Positions 8,252 to 14,724 of a DNA stretch of 14,724 bases are shown here, in pieces. The stretch is from Pseudomonadota bacterium (GTDB taxonomy: Bacteria; Bdellovibrionota; FAC87; UBA2466). The stretch covers positions 1-14,724 of the forward strand of contig JAYUGC010000064.1 in assembly GCA_043767805.1 (NCBI GenBank), in the 5' to 3' direction. The translations under genes were made by a program, and so were the position numbers. A model generated the notes under the pieces. The model made no database searches. It saw nothing but the letters and a program-made list of their open reading frames with translations, and was not told the DNA's origin. Positions within the stretch are counted from its first letter, which is position 1, and each line of letters opens with the position of its first letter.

Positions 8252-9119
8252 TGGGTGATTTACCAACCTTCCGGGTTCCGTAAAGTGAGGGGGCCGTGAA
8301 ATCACTGGGCACGGTTTCGATGTCGATGATGCCCACGTAAGTCGAGGGGCCTCGCAAGAGCAAAAATTGAGTGACCGGGCTCACGTCGACCACGAGCTCT
8401 CCCCCGGGAACGACGACCTCCACCGGGAGAGCCTCCAGGTAGAGATCCGCGAACACGAGGGCGGCCGCCGCGGCGCCCGTGCCGCAGGCAAAAGTTTCCT
8501 GCTCGACGCCACGCTCGAACGTGGTCGCGAGAATGCGATTGCCCACGGTGCGCTGAAAGAAAGTCGCGTTGGTCTTTTCGGGCGCGAACGCGGGATGATT
8601 GAGAATCTTCGAGCCGATGTCGGCCACGGGGTAGCCGTGCAGGCTTTTCACTTCGACCACCGCGTGAGGCACGCCCGTGTTCACGAAAAAGATTTGGATG
8701 GGCTCGCCATTGATCTCGAGCAACTTCTCTTCCAGATCGAACGCGTCTTGGCGCTCGGAGAGCAAGGTGACCTCCGCGAGGCCGTCCTCGATGACCCGGC
8801 CGCGGATGACTCCCGCCAAGGTCTCGAGCGTAATCGCCTGGCCGCTCGGAAAGTGATTGTCGGCAAGGTAGCGCATCACGCAGCGGGCGCCGTTTCCGCA
8901 CATTTCGGCTTCCGAGCCATCGCTATTGAAGAAATCCCATTTAGCGTCCGTCTCTTCCCCGGCTTTCAGCACGATAAGCCCATCGGCGCCGAGCCCGAAG
9001 TTGCGGTTGCAGAGGTAGCGAACATCCGAGGGAGAGAGTCCCGGCATGTGCCCGCCGAAATCATCCAGGATGAGGAAATCGTTGCCGCAGCCATGCATCT
9101 TAAAAAAGCGATAATTCAT
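8244..9119 (-). CDS. dapF: Diaminopimelate epimerase
   Basis: KMHGCGNDF, GADG, NSDGSEAEMCGNGARC, TGVPHAV and ERGVEQETFACGTGA; both catalytic cysteines are present. Confidence 0.97.
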   Translation of the reverse strand: MNYRFFKMHGCGNDFLILDDFGGHMPGLSPSDVRYLCNRNFGLGADGLIVLKAGEETDAKWDFFNSDGSEAEMCGNGARCVMRYLADNHFPSGQAITLETLAGVIRGRVIEDGLAEVTLLSERQDAFDLEEKLLEINGEPIQIFFVNTGVPHAVVEVKSLHGYPVADIGSKILNHPAFAPEKTNATFFQRTVGNRILATTFERGVEQETFACGTGAAAAALVFADLYLEALPVEVVVPGGELVVDVSPVTQFLLLRGPSTYVGIIDIETVPSDFTAPSLYGTRKVGKSPND

Positions 9120-9292
9120 TTAGGCACCACTGGCGGCGGAGTGTTTCCCGCCTTGGGAAGCTCGGAAGATTGGGGAGCGGGAGCTGCTTTCTTGTACGCT
9201 TCTACGTAAGGTATGGGCTCGGTTTTGACCCCGCATCCAAACAGGTTGAGTGCCAAAACCGTGAGACACCCGTTCAAATGAAGAGAACGCAT
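9116..9292 (-). CDS. Small lipoprotein, LptM/YifL/LppL-like (58 aa)
   Basis: Probable start ATG 9292 (alternative GTG 9310): MRSLHLNGCLTVLALNLFG|CGVKTEPIP, with an LFGC lipobox, CGxK motif and Pro-rich tail. ATGA overlap with dapF matches the yifL-dapF / lppL-lysA-dapF synteny. Confidence 0.7.
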   Translation of the reverse strand: MRSLHLNGCLTVLALNLFGCGVKTEPIPYVEAYKKAAPAPQSSELPKAGNTPPPVVPK

Positions 9293-9302
9293 TGGGTCGA
9301 GG

Positions 9303-9330
9303 AGTATCACACCCGGGGAGAGAGGATCAA
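9303..9330 (-). promoter_or_regulatory. Possible sigma70 promoter for the lipoprotein-dap operon (TTGATC-N16-GATACT, with TG extension)
   Basis: The - strand reads TTGATC ctctctccccgggtgt GATACT, 10 nt upstream of ATG 9292; 4/6 matches to each consensus hexamer. Confidence 0.3.
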
Positions 9331-9347
9331 GGACGGGGATTTTCGGC

Positions 9348-10553
9348 CTAACCCTGTTGAATCGCTTCGCAAATACGGTCGATTCCGGTCATCAGGTCGG
9401 CCTCTTCGATGACGAGCGGAGGCGCCACGCGAATCACGACCTCGTGGGTCTCTTTGCAAAGCACGCCGAGGCCGGCGAGCCGCTCGCAAAAACGGCGCGC
9501 GCCACCCGCCGATGGGGTGACTTCGATGCCGATGAGAAGGCCTTGGCCGCGCACTTCCTTCACTAAGGGAAGCTTCGCGTCCCGCAAACGGGCCACCGCT
9601 TTTTCTCCCAGCCGGCGCGAGCGCTCGGACAGTTTTTCCTCGGAGAGAACTTTGAGGGATTCGCGGCCCACGGCAGTCGCAAGTGGATTGCCACCAAACG
9701 TGGAGCCGTGCGTGCCGGGTGTGATGACATCCATGACCTCGCGGCGAGCGAGGACCGCCGAGAGCGGCAAGAGACCGCCGCCGAGAGATTTCCCGAGAAT
9801 AAGAAGGTCGGGCGTGAGGCCTTCGCCCTGAAAGCAAAAATCATTTCCGGTGCGTCCCATGCCGGTTTGGATTTCATCGAGCGCGAGAAGTACGTTCTTT
9901 TTTTTGCAAAGATCCGACAAGCTTTTCAAATACCCCTTGGGAGGAATGAAAATGCCCGCCTCCGCTTGGATCGGCTCGGCGAGAACCGCGACGACGTCGT
10001 CGTCCATCTTGGCTTCCAGATCCTTCAGGTCGCCGAACTCCACTAGCTCAAAGCCCGGGGTGAAAGGGCCGAAGCCCCTTTTGTAGAGGGCCTCCGATGA
10101 GAACGACACGATGGAGATGGTCCGGCCGTGGAAATTGTTCTTGAAAGCGAGAATCTTCGCGCGCTTTTCAGGAACGCCCTTGATCTCTTGTCCCCATTTT
10201 CGCGCAAGCTTCAGGGCCGTCTCGACCGCCTCGGTCCCCGTATTCATAGCGAGAACCGAGTCCATCTTGCAAAAAGCCGCGAGCTCTTCGACAAAATGAC
10301 AGAGGGGCTCGGAATAAAAAGCGCGGGAGCAAACGCTCAGCTCCGCGGCTTGCGCCTGGAGGGCGGCGAGCAGGCGCGGGTGCTGGTGGCCGAAGTTAAG
10401 AGCGGAGTAGCAGGCTAGAAAATCCAGGTACTCCTTGCCGTCGACATCCCAAACTTTGGCGCCCTTGCCTTTTTTCAGCACGACCGGAAGCGGCAGGTAG
10501 TTATGAGCGCCGTATCGCTCCATGCTTTGAATGAGGCCGTCCGACTTGGGCAT
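9348..10553 (-). CDS. rocD: Ornithine--oxo-acid aminotransferase (class III PLP)
   Basis: YGAHNYLPLPVV, DFLACYSALNFGH, NFHGRT, EPIQAEAG, DEIQTGMGRTG, LGKSLGGG, HGSTFGGNP and LCKETH..IRVAPPL, which fit RocD better than ArgD. Confidence 0.88.
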   Translation of the reverse strand: MPKSDGLIQSMERYGAHNYLPLPVVLKKGKGAKVWDVDGKEYLDFLACYSALNFGHQHPRLLAALQAQAAELSVCSRAFYSEPLCHFVEELAAFCKMDSVLAMNTGTEAVETALKLARKWGQEIKGVPEKRAKILAFKNNFHGRTISIVSFSSEALYKRGFGPFTPGFELVEFGDLKDLEAKMDDDVVAVLAEPIQAEAGIFIPPKGYLKSLSDLCKKKNVLLALDEIQTGMGRTGNDFCFQGEGLTPDLLILGKSLGGGLLPLSAVLARREVMDVITPGTHGSTFGGNPLATAVGRESLKVLSEEKLSERSRRLGEKAVARLRDAKLPLVKEVRGQGLLIGIEVTPSAGGARRFCERLAGLGVLCKETHEVVIRVAPPLVIEEADLMTGIDRICEAIQQG

Positions 10554-10618
10554 GAAGGAAAGATAAACTAAAAGGCCTGTCTTGGCGAGGTGCGCTACTT
10601 TGGGTTAAAGCAAAGGTA

Positions 10619-11158
10619 ATGGGTTTTTACTTCGAAATGCAAAAGGCCGGCGGCACGGAGTTCGCCGAGGGCAAGACCCCGGGCGTTTTTTGGACTCTCT
10701 ATGTCTTTTTGGGCTTCGCTCTCCTCTGCATGGGACTCGCGGCGCATGCGCTCTTGGGCGATCTCGCGCGCTCGGGTGACTGGTTCGACGTCGCACTCGT
10801 GTGGATGCTCTACGCCTGCGCTCCACTCTACGTGGGCATCGGTCTCTGGCTCGGCTTCGTGCGCCGATTCGTAAAAACCGAAAGCGGCACCCTCATCGTC
10901 GGCCGCCGCTTTGGAAGCCGTCCCTTTTGGCAAAAGCGGATCTCCAAACCTGAGATCACGGCCATCGCTCTCGTCAACCGACGGCCCGCTGAGAACAATG
11001 CCCCCCTGCACCACGATGATTCTCAGTACTACATCAAGGGGCACTGGCGAGTCGTCGCCTGGAGAAAGAACGCGAAGCCCGTGACGCTCGACAAGCACAC
11101 CGAGCGCGAAATGCTCGTGCCGATGGAAGCCGACCTGACGGCTTGGCTCAGAGGCTAG
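10619..11158 (+). CDS. Hypothetical membrane protein (two predicted TM helices plus a soluble C-terminal domain)
   Basis: 179 aa filling the gap between rocD and the kinase; AAGG upstream of the ATG; hydrophobic segments VFWTLYVFLGFALLCMGLAA and VALVWMLYACAPLYVGIGLWLGFV. Confidence 0.75.
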   Translation: MGFYFEMQKAGGTEFAEGKTPGVFWTLYVFLGFALLCMGLAAHALLGDLARSGDWFDVALVWMLYACAPLYVGIGLWLGFVRRFVKTESGTLIVGRRFGSRPFWQKRISKPEITAIALVNRRPAENNAPLHHDDSQYYIKGHWRVVAWRKNAKPVTLDKHTEREMLVPMEADLTAWLRG

Positions 11159-13443
11159 TTGCCATCGAGACGAACGCTCTGGCGGCTCACTGAATCCACT
11201 TCGACCGAGAAATCACGCACGGTATCGATCCCGAACACGGGATTCACGAACCGGATCTTGTGGACCACGTTCGCACGCAGCGTGGGGATTTCGAAGACCT
11301 GATTGGCCGAGGCCTGGCCGACCATCTTGCCGTCGACAAAGACTTGCGCGTTCTGATTCGGCACGAGCTCCAAACGGCCCGAGGGCACGCGCTTCAAAGT
11401 CTTGTAGACCTTCTGGATGGCGTCTTTCACGTTGACGGTTTCCGTGACCGTCTCGAAGCCGGGCAGCTGGATGGTGAGAGCGACGGCGCGGTTACATTCG
11501 CTGGAAATCGTCGTGGCCGAGTTTCCGATGGACTCGTTGTTGATGCGGACTTCCGCACCCGGAGGATCGGTGGTGATTTCCAGCAAACAGTCTCCCGCCG
11601 TGCGCACGCGGCCGACCGAGGGCTCGGTCGTCGTCGATTCGGGAGCTCGGGTCGGCGCCGACCCTTCCTGGGGAACGCGTTTCGAGATGAAAGCAATGAC
11701 TCTCGGGAAGCCGCCATCGAGATACATGCGGTAGCCGTAAGCGGTCCCAATGGCGATGAGAGAGAAAAAGGCGATGGTGCCCAGACGGCTTTTGCGTTTC
11801 GGGCGAAAATCTTCCTCGGAAGCCGCGTAGAAAGACTCGCGGCGCATGGGAGTCGGCGCGGCCGGCTCCTTGATGGAAGCGAGCGAGATACCGTCGTTGT
11901 TCGAGTTGCCGCTGATTTCCGTGAGTGCGCTGATGGAGCGCTCTCTCTGGCGGCCGGTCTCGCTATTTTGCAGGAGGATGCCCAGCTCTTCGGGCTTCGC
12001 GGGCGCCTCTTTGCGATTATTGGTCGTTTGCGAAACGCTGAGAGGGGTGACCGAAAGATTGGTGCGGATGGAATCGCCGCCGCTTTGCACGAGCTGAGGG
12101 CCCGCGGGCCGCTTCGAGGGTTTTACGGGCGAGTTGGTCCTAGCCGAGACGGAAGGGCTCGTCTTGCCGTTGGTTCCCACCGTCGGCACGGACTCGTCGG
12201 AAACGAGCAAGGAATCGATGCTGGCCGGATCGAGATTCGAAACGGAAGCGTCCACCCGGGTCGCTTCGCTGACGTTGGAAGCATTGCCTGGCTCGACGTC
12301 GTTTTGAGAGACGGGGTTTTCGGCGCCGCCATCGGAAAGCTCGTCGACAAAAGTGACCGGCGTATTTTCATGCGCGTCGGACTTGGTGACTTCGCCGTCG
12401 GACGCCGGATCGGGCTCGCCACCCCAGTCGTCGGGAATCTTCTCGCGCGCGCCTTGGGAGAACGGAATGCTTTGGCGGTGCAGCTGCTCGAGACGTTTCT
12501 TCTCGGCCTCGATCTCGGGGCGGAATACCATGGAGATGATGTCGGCCGCGTCCTTCTGCGTGTAGTTCGGGTAATGCTTACTCAGGAAAGACTGGATGTT
12601 TCTGTGGAAGTTGCCCGCGTTCTGATAGCGAAGGTTGACGTCTTTAGTCAGCGACTTCAGGACGATCTTCTCGAACTCGGCCGGGATCTTCGGATTGATG
12701 CGGGTCGGATTGGGTATGAGGCACTCCTGAATGAGCTTCAGGGTAGCCATGTCGTTTTCCGCCGCGAAGAGCCGGCGGCCGGTCATCATCTCGTAGAGAA
12801 TGATGCCGGTGGAGAAAATGTCGCTGCGGTGATCGATCTGATTGCCGTTGGCCTGCTCCGGCGACATGTAACCAAACTTGCCTTTGATGACGCCCGAGCG
12901 CGTCTCATCGACTCGGTCTTTCGCTTTGGCGATACCGAAATCCACGATCTTGACGGCGCCGTCGTAAGACAGCATCACGTTCTGCGGCGACATGTCGCGG
13001 TGGATGATGTTGAGCGGCTTGTTGTTGAGATCGTCCTTCTTACCGTGCGCGTACTCGAGGCCCTTGCAGACCTCATTCATGATGTAAGCGGCGAAGGCGA
13101 GAGGGAGCGTGTAGTTAACCTTGCGAGCCTTGTTCACGAACTGGCGCAGGTTCTTGCCGTCGACGTACTCCATGGCGAGGAGGTACGTGTCGCCGGATTT
13201 CACGAAATCGTAGACCTGCACGATGTTCGCGTGGGTCAGCATGCTCGAAAGCCGGGCTTCGTACTCGAACATGCGCCGGAACTCTTCGTTCTGGCTATAG
13301 GTCGGAAGGATGCGCTTGATGGCGAGCTGCTTCTCGAAGCCGCCCGCGCCGCTCGCTTTCGCACGGTACACTTCCGCCATTCCGCCGGTAGCCAGGCGTT
13401 CGAGCAGCAGGTACTTGCCGATTTTGAACGGCTTGAAGTCCAA
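11155..13443 (-). CDS. Membrane-anchored Hanks-type Ser/Thr protein kinase with C-terminal PEGA-like domains
   Basis: LATGGMAEVY, AIKRI, HRDMSPQN, DFG and KGKFGYMSPEQ kinase motifs; long S/T/P-rich linker; TM LGTIAFFSLIAIGTAYGY; PEGA-like LEITTDPPGAEVRIN and LELVPNQNAQVFVDG. TTG at 13443 is preferred over GTG at 13464 because GGAGG lies 6 nt upstream of it. Confidence 0.92.
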   Translation of the reverse strand: MDFKPFKIGKYLLLERLATGGMAEVYRAKASGAGGFEKQLAIKRILPTYSQNEEFRRMFEYEARLSSMLTHANIVQVYDFVKSGDTYLLAMEYVDGKNLRQFVNKARKVNYTLPLAFAAYIMNEVCKGLEYAHGKKDDLNNKPLNIIHRDMSPQNVMLSYDGAVKIVDFGIAKAKDRVDETRSGVIKGKFGYMSPEQANGNQIDHRSDIFSTGIILYEMMTGRRLFAAENDMATLKLIQECLIPNPTRINPKIPAEFEKIVLKSLTKDVNLRYQNAGNFHRNIQSFLSKHYPNYTQKDAADIISMVFRPEIEAEKKRLEQLHRQSIPFSQGAREKIPDDWGGEPDPASDGEVTKSDAHENTPVTFVDELSDGGAENPVSQNDVEPGNASNVSEATRVDASVSNLDPASIDSLLVSDESVPTVGTNGKTSPSVSARTNSPVKPSKRPAGPQLVQSGGDSIRTNLSVTPLSVSQTTNNRKEAPAKPEELGILLQNSETGRQRERSISALTEISGNSNNDGISLASIKEPAAPTPMRRESFYAASEEDFRPKRKSRLGTIAFFSLIAIGTAYGYRMYLDGGFPRVIAFISKRVPQEGSAPTRAPESTTTEPSVGRVRTAGDCLLEITTDPPGAEVRINNESIGNSATTISSECNRAVALTIQLPGFETVTETVNVKDAIQKVYKTLKRVPSGRLELVPNQNAQVFVDGKMVGQASANQVFEIPTLRANVVHKIRFVNPVFGIDTVRDFSVEVDSVSRQSVRLDGN

Positions 13444-13489
13444 AGCTTTCCTCCACGGATCCACGCATAGGCGCGGGAGTCCATTTACG

Positions 13490-13517
13490 TTTTCGGTAAG
13501 ATCGGCGAGGGGGTTGA
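13490..13517 (-). promoter_or_regulatory. Putative sigma28 (FliA)-type promoter for the Ser/Thr kinase (TCAA-N16-ACCGAAAA)
   Basis: The - strand reads TCAA ccccctcgccgatctt ACCGAAAA, resembling the consensus TAAA-N15/16-GCCGATAA. Confidence 0.45.
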
Positions 13518-13581
13518 GCTACACATTGCATTAACCGCAACGCACCATGCCCAAGAGGGGCTCTGTAGGCCGGATTTATTG

Positions 13582-13610
13582 GTGACACCCCCTGGGAACG
13601 GACTTATATT
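13582..13610 (+). promoter_or_regulatory. Putative sigma70 promoter of mreB (GTGACA-N17-TATATT)
   Basis: 5/6 match at both -35 and -10 with an optimal 17-bp spacer, 57 nt upstream of the mreB ATG. Confidence 0.6.
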
Positions 13611-13667
13611 CCAGAGGTTTATTAAGTCTCGGCTCCCTCTTGTGGAGCAAGGTTTAGGGGAAATTAA

Positions 13668-14724
<1,057 letters not shown>

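Noticed and set aside
9897..9905. In-frame A_AAA_AAG slippery heptamer (A8 run) inside rocD
   Set aside because: It simply encodes KKK. A -1 shift hits TGA within about 8 codons and would remove the PLP lysine, and no stimulatory structure was evident.
10581..10596. Possible sigma54 site (TTGGCGAGGTGCGC) upstream of the 2-TM gene
   Set aside because: The GG-N10-GC spacing is not satisfied.
10595..11098. 167-aa - strand ORF between rocD and the kinase
   Set aside because: The overlapping + strand ORF 10619-11158 has an ATG, an SD-like AAGG, clear TM segments and fills the gap exactly; this ORF looks like its shadow.
11260..13470. 736-aa + strand ORF antisense to the Ser/Thr kinase
   Set aside because: It is the codon-aligned antisense frame of a GC-rich gene, which is naturally poor in stops. 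It has no recognisable motifs, while the - strand carries all kinase signatures.

Overview
GC-rich bacterial chromosomal segment that is almost fully coding. It is inferred to come from a Bdellovibrionota/Myxococcota-type 'deltaproteobacterium', based on an HRDxSPQN Ser/Thr kinase with PEGA domains, DapL-type DAP synthesis and soluble PAS-HisKA kinases. Left to right: (1) the 3' end of a + strand NDP-6-deoxysugar/glycosylation operon (4,6-dehydratase-like SDR, RmlC-like epimerase, atypical YxxxH SDR, GT4 glycosyltransferase); (2) a - strand cluster rocD / small LptM(YifL/LppL)-like lipoprotein / dapF / dapA / dapB / dapL, followed directly by two tandem 374-aa soluble PAS histidine kinases with no response regulator; (3) a 2-TM hypothetical protein; (4) a membrane Ser/Thr kinase with PEGA-like periplasmic domains, transcribed divergently from mreB (truncated at the window edge). 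No RNA genes, mobile elements or CRISPR arrays were seen. The best candidate for an undescribed system is the lysA-less DAP operon, whose DapA looks lysine-insensitive and which is translationally coupled to orphan PAS kinases (one with a CxxC/His-rich PAS). Next is a putative sigma28-driven Ser/Thr kinase back-to-back with a sigma70-driven mreB. All functional links are inferences from sequence only.
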